Part shown: in pieces, positions 10,240 to 18,504 of the stretch | Layout: every line of letters begins with the position of its first letter | Position numbering within the stretch: position 1 is the stretch's first letter | DNA from: Paramicrosporidium saccamoebae KSL3 | Taxonomy: Eukaryota > Fungi > Cryptomycota | Assembly: GCA_002794465.1 (NCBI GenBank) | Contig: MTSL01000105.1 | Coordinates: 7,257 to 39,256 of the forward strand | Length of the DNA: 32,000 nt | Direction: 5' to 3' | Made by a program: the position numbers and the translations under genes | Notes under the pieces: model-generated | Databases searched by the model: none | What the model was told of the DNA's origin: nothing | What the model saw: the letters and a program-made list of their open reading frames with translations, nothing else

Positions 10240-11199
10240 TCAGTTGAGAGCTGATAAAATTTCACTGCATTTGCGATGATAGACAACTTGCGCCTGAATC
10301 AATGCCTCAATGCAGTGGGTAGCCTCAGTCTACATATTAGATTCATCAAAGTTGTACATATTGGATAAACGACTTCATCTCACCAATTGCTTCTTCACAC
10401 GCAGAACTAAATTCCTTCTCGAGTAGATCTACTTCAGACTGCAGGTTAGCTGGAGGGGCTCCACGGATCGCCCTGAGACGGGCCTTGCAGGCATCCAGTT
10501 CCAGCCGGACACGAGTTGCACTCCTCCGGGCCCTCTACTCATTGTCACATACGCAGTCTCAGTTTTACATTGGCATTATCATAGGCTCCGGCGTAGGTGG
10601 AGAAGGGTTCAATAAACTTTCGGTTCAGTGTATGATTAAATTCCATGCGGGCCTCTCCAAGCTTTGCCTGGATCTGTCCGTATCTCTGCAACAAGTCAGC
10701 CGCGGGTACATCGGTGGTGTCGCGGCTAAGTAAATCAGCCCCTTGAAGACAGACTTCTGCAGTGGCATGTTGAATGGTGGGTGGGAAACGCGACTCGGAG
10801 CGAACCTTGGTTTTGGTTCGAAACTCTTCAAATTTGGCATTGATGTTGTCCATGGCGTCCATGAATGAGTCTCCAATTGGGGGCGCTAAACTGTCAAAAT
10901 CCCAAGTGGCCGTACAGTAGTCATCCGAGGCATACATCTGCTTAGTCGCCCTCATCAGTCCATCAAACACAATCTTGATTTTGTCGACATTCTGTGAGGA
11001 TGACCTTCCAGGACCCATTGTTTACCTCATCCAGCTGAACATATGCTGGAGGAAAATTGGTAGTTTCCTCGGCAGTTCCCATTTTTTCTTGTGCAAACTA
11101 GACTGTTATTTGGGACTTGCTGCTTACCTGCTTGACTTGGTCAAAGCCCTTGGACATTTTCTTGGAAAAATCATCGAAACTTTGAATCGGCGGAGTCAT
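10240..11199 (-). CDS. GVP36: Gvp36-like BAR-domain protein, five exons
   Basis: Four GT-AG introns (11098-11127, 10992-11025, 10535-10568, 10330-10357; 30/34/34/28 nt) splice in frame to give MTPPIQSFDDFSKKMSKGFDQVKQFAQEKMGTAEETTNFPPAYVQLDENVDK...PPTIQHA...IEALIQAQVVYHRKCSEIL, which matches BAR_2/Gvp36 hallmarks. Confidence 0.8.
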
Positions 11200-11262
11200 G
11201 TTTTCGAGTGCGCAATTTACAAATTAAATGAATATTTAAAGAGTCGAATCGACCATAGGCCG

Positions 11263-11607
11263 ATGGCATCCTTTGTGGAGGACGAGGAGATTTGTTACGA
11301 GCCGGTAATAGAAGTGGCAGCCATAGCCTCCCAATTTGAATATAAGGAAAACGTACGGAATGCACCGGTTGGAGAGCGACGCCGCAAGACAGAGAGAGAG
11401 ACGGACGAAAAACGACTATCGGGACGACAGAAACAGATTGATTATGGAAAAAACACGATCGGATACGAAAGATATGTTGCCAAGGTCCCAATAAACGAAA
11501 GAAAACGCGGGGATCCAAAGACACCAGATAAGCATCAAGTGTGCAGTAAACGGAGCTGGGACGGACAGATCAGCAAATGGAGACGCCAGCTCCACCATTA
11601 TGATTAA
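11263..11607 (+). CDS. SLBP: Histone mRNA stem-loop binding protein (minimal RNA-binding domain)
   Basis: ETDEKRLSGRQKQIDYGKNTIGYERY...PKTPDK...SKRSWDGQISKWRRQLHHYD is the SLBP RNA-binding domain including the conserved TP motif. ATG at 11263 gives 114 aa. Confidence 0.92.
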   Translation: MASFVEDEEICYEPVIEVAAIASQFEYKENVRNAPVGERRRKTERETDEKRLSGRQKQIDYGKNTIGYERYVAKVPINERKRGDPKTPDKHQVCSKRSWDGQISKWRRQLHHYD

Positions 11608-11655
11608 TGTGATAACTAAATACTCTTAAAGTCACATTGGACCGGGGGAATTTGG

Positions 11656-13101
11656 ATGAGCAAACCGTCTTTTGAGCAGGTTGTGAATGTATCTCCTCTG
11701 GAAGAGACCAATCCAGGAGGACGTCTTGCCGAGGGGAAGCTGCTGCGGGCCGGAGTCAGCACCGGCAGCTTTCTGGCTTTCCTCTTCTCCGCCATGATGG
11801 CGATTGCGGGCCTAGTTTTTATCAATGCCGACCAAACCTATATTATGGTGGACATTTTGGACTACCCGCGAAGCCAAGTGGGCACGGCAGCGGGTAACTT
11901 GGTGTTCTATGATGAGCTCCTTTCAATGCTGATGGTGTCGACATGGGGTGCACTAAGCGATCGAATTGCACGACGATGGATATTTGCGAGTGGATTGGCA
12001 CTAATGGGCCTGGCCACAGCATTGCATCCGTGGGCCACCAGCGTGTTTCCCAACAGCATCTCGACATTCTTCTCTTCCCTGTTGGCCTTCCGACTGCTCT
12101 TTGCGCTCGGCGGCTCTGCATCCACAGCCATGCTAACTGCCTTTATTGGAGACTATTCCCGCGAGAGTAGTCGTGCCAAGGTAGCCGGAATTACCGGATT
12201 TAGCACGGGCATTGGAGCCCTATTTGCCGCATTAGTCCTCAGTCGAATCCCAACCTTTTTCATGCGCGACTCTAATCTGGTCCCCGGCGGACTTAAGGAC
12301 GTCCCCAATGGCGGTGCCACTCTGATTATCACATTCGCCATAACGGGTGCTTTGCTGCTTCTGGCCGCCATAGTAGCAGCACTGGCCCTGAGGCCACCGC
12401 CCGACCTCTTTGACGGCACCCATCGGAAGCTTCCACTGACCAAACGAATCGGCGTGGGATTGTCAGCAATGTTCCATCCGCTAATTGCCCTCGCCTATGC
12501 ATCCGGGTTTGTAGCTCGAGCCGACTCCATCGCTCTGACACTCTTTATAGCGCCCTGGGTTGACAATTATCTGACGGCACAGGGTTTGTGTCCGCCGCGA
12601 GACCCCCAAGTGTTGACAAGATGTCAGCCGGCAAAGAAATTGGCGTCCACGCTCATGTCAGTAGCACATTGTGCCATGTTGCTGGGTGCGCCACTGTTTG
12701 GCATTCTGGCAGACCGCATCGGTCCCATAGCTGCCATCTCCATCCCAGCGGGTTGTGGACTTTTTGCATTCTCTCTGCTGTCCAACATGTCTGCGCCTAA
12801 CACCCCAATGGTCTACTTTGCCATGGGACTTGCCGGTATTGCTGATATTGGAATGATCATCACCAGCATGGCTCTTATGGCCGGCGTCTCTTCTGCTCCC
12901 CATCGTGGAGCCCTTGCAGGCGTCTATTCCTTCTTTGGCGCCCTCGGCATCATTGTCACCTCCAAAGTGGGGGGTTGGCTGTTCGATGGAGTCAAAGAGA
13001 CGGCTGCGTTTTGGGTGGTGGCGTTGGCCAGTGGTGGGGTCTTTGTGGCGGCCCTGCTGGTCATTTATAATCGACGAATCATCCCGCCGCTTGATCTATA
13101 G
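11656..13101 (+). CDS. Major facilitator superfamily transporter, substrate unknown
   Basis: 481 aa with about 12 hydrophobic helices and MFS motif A in both halves (GALSDRIARR; GILADRIG). Confidence 0.9.
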   Translation: MSKPSFEQVVNVSPLEETNPGGRLAEGKLLRAGVSTGSFLAFLFSAMMAIAGLVFINADQTYIMVDILDYPRSQVGTAAGNLVFYDELLSMLMVSTWGALSDRIARRWIFASGLALMGLATALHPWATSVFPNSISTFFSSLLAFRLLFALGGSASTAMLTAFIGDYSRESSRAKVAGITGFSTGIGALFAALVLSRIPTFFMRDSNLVPGGLKDVPNGGATLIITFAITGALLLLAAIVAALALRPPPDLFDGTHRKLPLTKRIGVGLSAMFHPLIALAYASGFVARADSIALTLFIAPWVDNYLTAQGLCPPRDPQVLTRCQPAKKLASTLMSVAHCAMLLGAPLFGILADRIGPIAAISIPAGCGLFAFSLLSNMSAPNTPMVYFAMGLAGIADIGMIITSMALMAGVSSAPHRGALAGVYSFFGALGIIVTSKVGGWLFDGVKETAAFWVVALASGGVFVAALLVIYNRRIIPPLDL

Positions 13102-13161
13102 TCCTAGTTTTGTGATAAAAGCCGTATATAGCATATATAATGTATTGTGTACCATCCCGCT

Positions 13162-13506
13162 CTAGAAAAGCGTGCAGGATCTACTCTTTTTGTCAAAGCT
13201 GCAGTTAAGAGTTACGATAAACTCTGAATCTTTTAGTGCTACCGACGTCAGACTGCTGACAACAAAGGAACACTCTCTCCCCTTACTCGACAAAATAATA
13301 CGGTCAATGTCGGTTACTGGCCAGTCCACCACAACCTCGGTCTGTTTTGGAGTCACCTGGAACGCAGTGTAGCTGTCGCTATCGTTCACCCACACTCGGA
13401 GCTGATCCACTCTGCCCTCGGTGGTTTCAAATATAAAGCGTGTACGAGACAGAAAGCCGCTCCCAGACGCAATTATGAACAGGGCAGAAAAGAGAAACGT
13501 ATACAT
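13162..13506 (-). CDS. Small secreted protein A (114 aa), ends CTLF
   Basis: Hydrophobic N-terminal signal (MYTFLFSALFIIASG), a beta-strand-like alternating pattern, and Cys at -4. Confidence 0.75.
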   Translation of the reverse strand: MYTFLFSALFIIASGSGFLSRTRFIFETTEGRVDQLRVWVNDSDSYTAFQVTPKQTEVVVDWPVTDIDRIILSSKGRECSFVVSSLTSVALKDSEFIVTLNCSFDKKSRSCTLF

Positions 13507-13765
13507 TCAGAGTAATAACTAGGTAGATGGCGTTGGCCAAGAAACCCCTGCGTCAATAGCATTCCTCTAGCGCCACCCAAATATAGATAAACTAAAAGGC
13601 TGCACATGGACAAGTATTACCAACGCTGTCAGCAAGAGGAGCTTCCTCACGGTAACTCGCTTTCAACGATTGGCTGTCGGCGGAGAAGCGGCTCGGAGAG
13701 GTATCTATAACTAGTCCCTGCAACTCAATCCATCATCACTTTACACATGTTGAATCTTTCAGTAT

Positions 13766-14146
13766 TTACTGAAGACTACATCTACAACAACCTTCCTCTT
13801 CTTTTTCATCTCCGCGTGGGAAGAGGTCGTTAGCATGCTTCCAGTTCAGTTTGACAACCGTGATAGTGCCATTCTCCTCGTACGTCACGTCCCAATCCTT
13901 GGGCTCTAGCGTGCATTTCTTATCGTATATACTGCCAAGCTGGACCGCTTCGACTTCACTTAGTGATATAGTAAAGGTTTGGCTGTCTTCATTGGGTCGA
14001 AGTTTGATACCAGTGCAGTAGCCGCTCTTCTTGCATAGCCAAATGTGCTGAACTAGGCTTGGATCTGTAACAACAAATTTGACTATACTGCCCATGACGG
14101 TAATACAGTAGAGCAAAAGGATAAACTGCAAAAGGATAGCCGTCAT
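13766..14146 (-). CDS. Small secreted protein B (126 aa), ends GCCRCSLQ
   Basis: Signal peptide MTAILLQFILLLYCITVMG from the ATG at 14146 (the track start 14182 is GTG). Cys at -4 plus an upstream CC. Confidence 0.75.
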   Translation of the reverse strand: MTAILLQFILLLYCITVMGSIVKFVVTDPSLVQHIWLCKKSGYCTGIKLRPNEDSQTFTISLSEVEAVQLGSIYDKKCTLEPKDWDVTYEENGTITVVKLNWKHANDLFPRGDEKEEEGCCRCSLQ

Positions 14147-14662
14147 GTCGTGTATCAAGCAGCTTACCCTAATAGCCCCCACCCCTTAAAGGCTAAGTGA
14201 TTGGTGTTAATCTGGCATGTAGCTCGTAGTGGGCATAATAGCCCTTTCAGGGGCCCCGATCTAGCGGGACATTCTCTCCGCAATCAAACTATTTAATAAG
14301 ACGGCTTTCACAGTGGACGATAACTATCAATTCCCCATGCGTAAAGTATCGTGCAACGAACAGATTGGCATGGGTCAATTCGCCGTTACTGTGGGTGGCT
14401 GACTAGTTGACACTACAGAACCCCAAAAAGGTTCCTATCACTATGGTTGTTGGTCAGGCCTCATCCTGACTGCATGGGCCAGTGCCTCTTAATAATATAA
14501 AGCAACCTTTTTACACCATGTCGGTGCACATGGAAATATATCATTCCAAGGATTAGCGTAATGCCAGCTGAGACTCTTTGGGAAATGCTACCAGAATCGC
14601 TAAAGCCTGGTTAGGCTTAAAAACTGTTTAATGTGTGTGTAATCGATACTGCAGGTATACCT

Positions 14663-14953
14663 TTAGTAGCATATATTAACTTCCTTAGCCTCCATAGGCG
14701 GGATATCATAGCTTGCGTCTATTCTACGACCGTCCGCCAGATGCACCTGAATTTTGGTCACGTCATTCCAATCTATAACCATGCTGGTGGAATTACCCAC
14801 AACTGGCTTTTCGCCAACACAGAACCGGGACATTGGTTTGAAAACACAAACTCCAATCACGGTACCGTTGCCAACAAAGTTAAGGGTTATGCGGGAAGCG
14901 ATGCAATGGACGAGGAAGGAAAGGAGGATGCAGAAAAGAGCGCACACTTGCAT
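14663..14953 (-). CDS. Small secreted protein C (96 aa)
   Basis: Signal peptide MQVCALFCILLSFLVHCIA. The mature part has the same beta-strand rhythm as its neighbours (VIDWNDVTKIQV, compare VVDWPVTDIDRIIL in A). Confidence 0.65.
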   Translation of the reverse strand: MQVCALFCILLSFLVHCIASRITLNFVGNGTVIGVCVFKPMSRFCVGEKPVVGNSTSMVIDWNDVTKIQVHLADGRRIDASYDIPPMEAKEVNICY

Positions 14954-15212
14954 GAGGGGATACAGGGCCTGGAAACTCCAGAATACCCATGTAAGTACTT
15001 GTATTGTGATTGGCCAATACAATCAGATTTACGGATAACCGAATTGGGAATTGTGAGGTTCGTGATAGGATCCTTTATTGAAATCCCTGGTCCTAGTTAT
15101 ACTGTATCGCAGGAATGAATGAATCTTACTCTTCTGTATTAGCTAAGAGAATCATTTTAATCGATCAATACGTAGGTATTGTGAGACTGAAAGTGGAGAT
15201 CCTGTTAAAACA

Positions 15213-15325
15213 TATCTGCTTATAATTAGCGGCCCTAGCCCAGATAGCAATCCCACAATCCTGAGGATGATGACCTATAGAGGCGCCTTTAATAAAACTA
15301 GCCAACTCATCAACAGACCCTTTAT
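15213..15325 (+). repeat. Dispersed repeat family B, longest copy
   Basis: 15241-15295 matches 26161-26215 at 47/55 nt, and 15213-15245 matches 23760-23792 at 27/33 nt (manual alignment). Confidence 0.75.
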
Positions 15326-15368
15326 TGTTTCTCCATCATATGATATGCTCTTACATATATGCATCAAA

Positions 15369-15692
15369 TTAAAAAATGAGTGCAATGTTTTGGCCTTGGA
15401 CATTCTTCTTAAATCTTTCATGTGCTTCTATCTTGTGGGTCAAGCAAGCATCTCCTCTTATGAGCGTGATAGAGTCAATCTTTTCAGGATCCAGGCAAGA
15501 ATAGTCAAAGGAAGAGCCAGGAATGTCTGAAAACGGGAACCAGCTATCACCACACTTTATAATTAGCCGCTCTATAGTAGTGGATTCACCGGCCTCATTC
15601 CTCCAGGTAAATTCGACACGAGTTGGTGGGACTACAGTCCGACTAGCCAATACAATGGAAAGCAACGACAAGAGTATCAGAGCGACCATCAT
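15369..15692 (-). CDS. Small secreted protein D (107 aa)
   Basis: Signal peptide MMVALILLSLLSIVLA. VEFTWRNEAG and DPEKIDSITL resemble the WxN..G and DP..ITE motifs of E and F. Confidence 0.72.
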   Translation of the reverse strand: MMVALILLSLLSIVLASRTVVPPTRVEFTWRNEAGESTTIERLIIKCGDSWFPFSDIPGSSFDYSCLDPEKIDSITLIRGDACLTHKIEAHERFKKNVQGQNIALIF

Positions 15693-16035
15693 AGCTGCTG
15701 CAATTAATTTATCTTTGATGGGCTAATGACATACTTTGGCAAGTGCTCCAGCGTGTTGAAACAATCCTCGACGGAAGGATCTCATGTCACGACAAAAATC
15801 ATCTATTCCACGCCCCGTAGGCAGTGCTCCGGTGAATACTAGTTGAGATTGCACAGAGGCTTAAAAAACTCTGACAATCTATTTCGAGTAACATGTAGCG
15901 GGAGTTGATTCTCCGGGGTTGGATGGATATAAAGATCTCTTATCAGGGTTTTGATCCTAGATATACCTTTGCAGATCGTACCCTATTGCTCATTGGTGTA
16001 TATACTATTAGTTTTATAAAAGTAGCCACTGGCAT

Positions 16036-16422
16036 CTATTGCTGTGAGCAGGCTCCTGAAGGCATGTTCCCATCCTCACCAACCGTTGGGGCAGAGTAAT
16101 AGATTTTGAGAGACCGGGTATCTTTTAACGACTGTCTTTGACTCTCTGTCAACTTGATTACAAAAATATTGTTGGCGTCATGATAAAGTTTAAATTCCGT
16201 AATTCCATAGGGATCAGCTGTATATTCGAATCTGCAGCCATCCGGTTCGATGGGTATTATCCTGCAAAAGCGCCTGTTAGTTGTAGAGTTAAACCCAGCA
16301 TGCACAAAGTTCACTTGGCGCCCACTCACGTTCTCCCAGTCGATGTTAATTTCAAGCGAAGAGGCATATACTAAGGCGGAGAGGAGACAGAGAGCGAGGG
16401 AGAGAAGCAAATTACCAGTCAT
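16036..16422 (-). CDS. Small secreted protein E (128 aa), ends CSQQ
   Basis: Signal peptide MTGNLLLSLALCLLSALVYA from the ATG at 16422 (an upstream ATG at 16521 is possible). Paralogous to F. Confidence 0.75.
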   Translation of the reverse strand: MTGNLLLSLALCLLSALVYASSLEINIDWENVSGRQVNFVHAGFNSTTNRRFCRIIPIEPDGCRFEYTADPYGITEFKLYHDANNIFVIKLTESQRQSLKDTRSLKIYYSAPTVGEDGNMPSGACSQQ

Positions 16423-16792
16423 TGAGCTCAGGCAAAAATCCAACACCCTTGCAAATGACTTTAAACGGAAGGAGCCAAATCCCTGGTTTCTGGTTTTCTG
16501 GAGACTGGAATTGTTGTTCATTTGTCACGAAAGGGGTCTTTAATGTGAACTATTAGCCCAATCTCATAGTGACGTGCGTCTAGTGGTCCCTCTATAATAA
16601 TAACCGTGATCACAGCCGTGACCATAACATACGTGCAGGAATAACGAGAGTCCTTTATAGTGAAAATTCTTTACTTGGTCTCCGCCACAATTGGGGATTT
16701 GGGGGTCCTGAACATGGCTAATTATTGGTACTCCACATACCATCATGTCGACTGCCCCGCCTTGTAAAGCTTCCAATGCAATTTCTGCGTCC

Positions 16793-16859
16793 CATTTTCG
16801 GGAGCAGTTTCAATCATTTTCGGGAGCAATTTCAAGCATTTTCAGGGAATAATTACAAT
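16793..16859. repeat. 22-bp tandem repeat, three copies, downstream of gene F
   Basis: CATTTTCGGGAGCAGTTTCAAT / CATTTTCGGGAGCAATTTCAAG / CATTTTCAGGGAATAATTACAAT. Confidence 0.8.
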
Positions 16860-16927
16860 CTAGCATGTTCATTATGAATGTGGCTTAGTTGGGTAGCTTT
16901 GGAACCCGAAACGGATTAAACTTTTCG

Positions 16928-17269
16928 CTACTGCTGCGAGCAAGTGGACGACGAGTCGTCAACCGAGTACGCGTAGAGGATTCCAAGCCAGCCCTTGGAC
17001 AGACTTTCTCTCATGTCATCGTCGAGGATGGTGCGCCAGCTGTCCACTGCGGTAAAAAACTCTATCTCAGTGACACTGCCCGGATCGAACAGTCTGAATG
17101 TTACTCTGGGCTCATCGGTGCATTTTACATGTTCAGGATTTTGGTTGCTGGCATGGTGAATTCTCAGGGAAACTATAGGGGCTTGCGAACCGTCAATGTT
17201 CTTCCATCCAATTGTCACTTTAGTAGCTCGCACAAATGCTGTCATGGCCAGCATCCATAAAATCAACAT
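16928..17269 (-). CDS. Small secreted protein F (113 aa), ends CSQQ
   Basis: Signal peptide MLILWMLAMTAFVRA from the ATG at 17269 (the track start is TTG). Shares IxWxNxxGxQ, DPxxxTE, RxSL and CSQQ with E. Confidence 0.75.
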   Translation of the reverse strand: MLILWMLAMTAFVRATKVTIGWKNIDGSQAPIVSLRIHHASNQNPEHVKCTDEPRVTFRLFDPGSVTEIEFFTAVDSWRTILDDDMRESLSKGWLGILYAYSVDDSSSTCSQQ

Positions 17270-17290
17270 GAGTCTCAAAATGGCTATAGT

Positions 17291-18427
17291 TTATAAATCG
17301 TGTATATACGGATAAACTCTGAAATCATTATACAGCAAGGTGCCACTCTCATTGTAATGTAAAGCAATGTAACAATCGTGACAGTACGCACACGGATTAT
17401 CATTACCCAGCCGATCATTGAGTGTAACCCAGCAAGCATAGCTTAGATCGCAAATCCGACATTTGCGTCTCTTCCTTCTCAAGTGATAGAGCTCAATTAT
17501 GCCAGACCTTTCCTCAGGGGGGAGACCCCAGCGGGAGAGTTGGGCGTGATCAAATGGATGATCAAGGCGCAATTGCTCGACGACAATGTAATGCTCACAT
17601 CGGCCACAGTGTACAAAGGAGTATGGGCGGCCTAGACGCAAGGGAACATCTAGCCAGGTGGTTTCATGCATGGCACGCATAGCGTAGGACCCGAAAAACT
17701 GTCTTCTGTCAGGATCTGCGTTGATCCACATACGAATAGGATGTGAAAGGTCCCGTGCGGCGGGATTGGAAATGTCACTATAAAAAGCGCCTTCGATGAA
17801 AAAGTATGAAGGAAGGAAATGCTCAGTGGAAGTTGGAGAATCTGCCCCGGGCACATTGATACCTGGAGAGGACGACCTTGGGTGGCCTTGTCGCGTAATC
17901 ACCCGCTCGGAAAGACATGCGATCCGAGCTCTAAATTCTGTCAAATATACAGACGCAAGAACATCAAATGTCTGCATCCTGGTTCCAGGCTTATTGCTGG
18001 AATAAACTGAAATGGTCAGGACAACATTAGGCTCTAAAGTTTCAGTGGAATGCTCCAAAATGTCCCGGGAAAGGACACTGTGCCGTGCAAGCCCAACCTT
18101 GTCCTGTAAGGCATTCTTGTATACGGTCATGGCCGACATTTTGCACGAGGCAAGCCGCCTTTCCAGTTGAGACAGGCGGTCCTCAATTCTCTCAAATTCT
18201 TCGTTATCGTGTCCAGGCCCAATGACGGCGTCATTCTTGGCCTCAGCAGTGAAGAGCCGACAGGCAAGAGAAATATCATGTCCATCTTCGCGCTCAACTG
18301 TCATCCGATTAGTATCAAAGTGCTTTAGCATGCTCTCTACATGGCTATGGTCTATAGTATCCATGGTCCTTTGCCAGGTATTTGCCAACTTTGCAGGCTC
18401 AACAACATCGCCCTCATTCGTATTCAT
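17291..18427 (-). CDS. SNAPC3: snRNA-activating protein complex subunit 3 (SNAP50)
   Basis: SYFFIEGAFYSD, LRLGRPYSFVHCGRCEH, and a C-terminal zinc finger CRIC...CAYCHDC...LHY...VYPY typical of SNAP50. Confidence 0.88.
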   Translation of the reverse strand: MNTNEGDVVEPAKLANTWQRTMDTIDHSHVESMLKHFDTNRMTVEREDGHDISLACRLFTAEAKNDAVIGPGHDNEEFERIEDRLSQLERRLASCKMSAMTVYKNALQDKVGLARHSVLSRDILEHSTETLEPNVVLTISVYSSNKPGTRMQTFDVLASVYLTEFRARIACLSERVITRQGHPRSSSPGINVPGADSPTSTEHFLPSYFFIEGAFYSDISNPAARDLSHPIRMWINADPDRRQFFGSYAMRAMHETTWLDVPLRLGRPYSFVHCGRCEHYIVVEQLRLDHPFDHAQLSRWGLPPEERSGIIELYHLRRKRRKCRICDLSYACWVTLNDRLGNDNPCAYCHDCYIALHYNESGTLLYNDFRVYPYIHDL

Positions 18428-18504
18428 GACCTGGGCCCGGGTATCACTACGTCAGTTTAAACGAAAAGTTTACAAATAATTCGGATATTTTTTACAATAT
18501 TGTG

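Noticed and set aside
10975-11262. N-terminal extension of SLBP in the 210-aa ORF
   Set aside because: It starts at a non-ATG codon and overlaps exons 1-3 of the opposite-strand BAR gene; the ATG at 11263 is more plausible.
14633-15118. 161-aa plus-strand ORF
   Set aside because: It overlaps secreted gene C on the opposite strand, has a non-ATG start and no signal or motif; C fits the array pattern.
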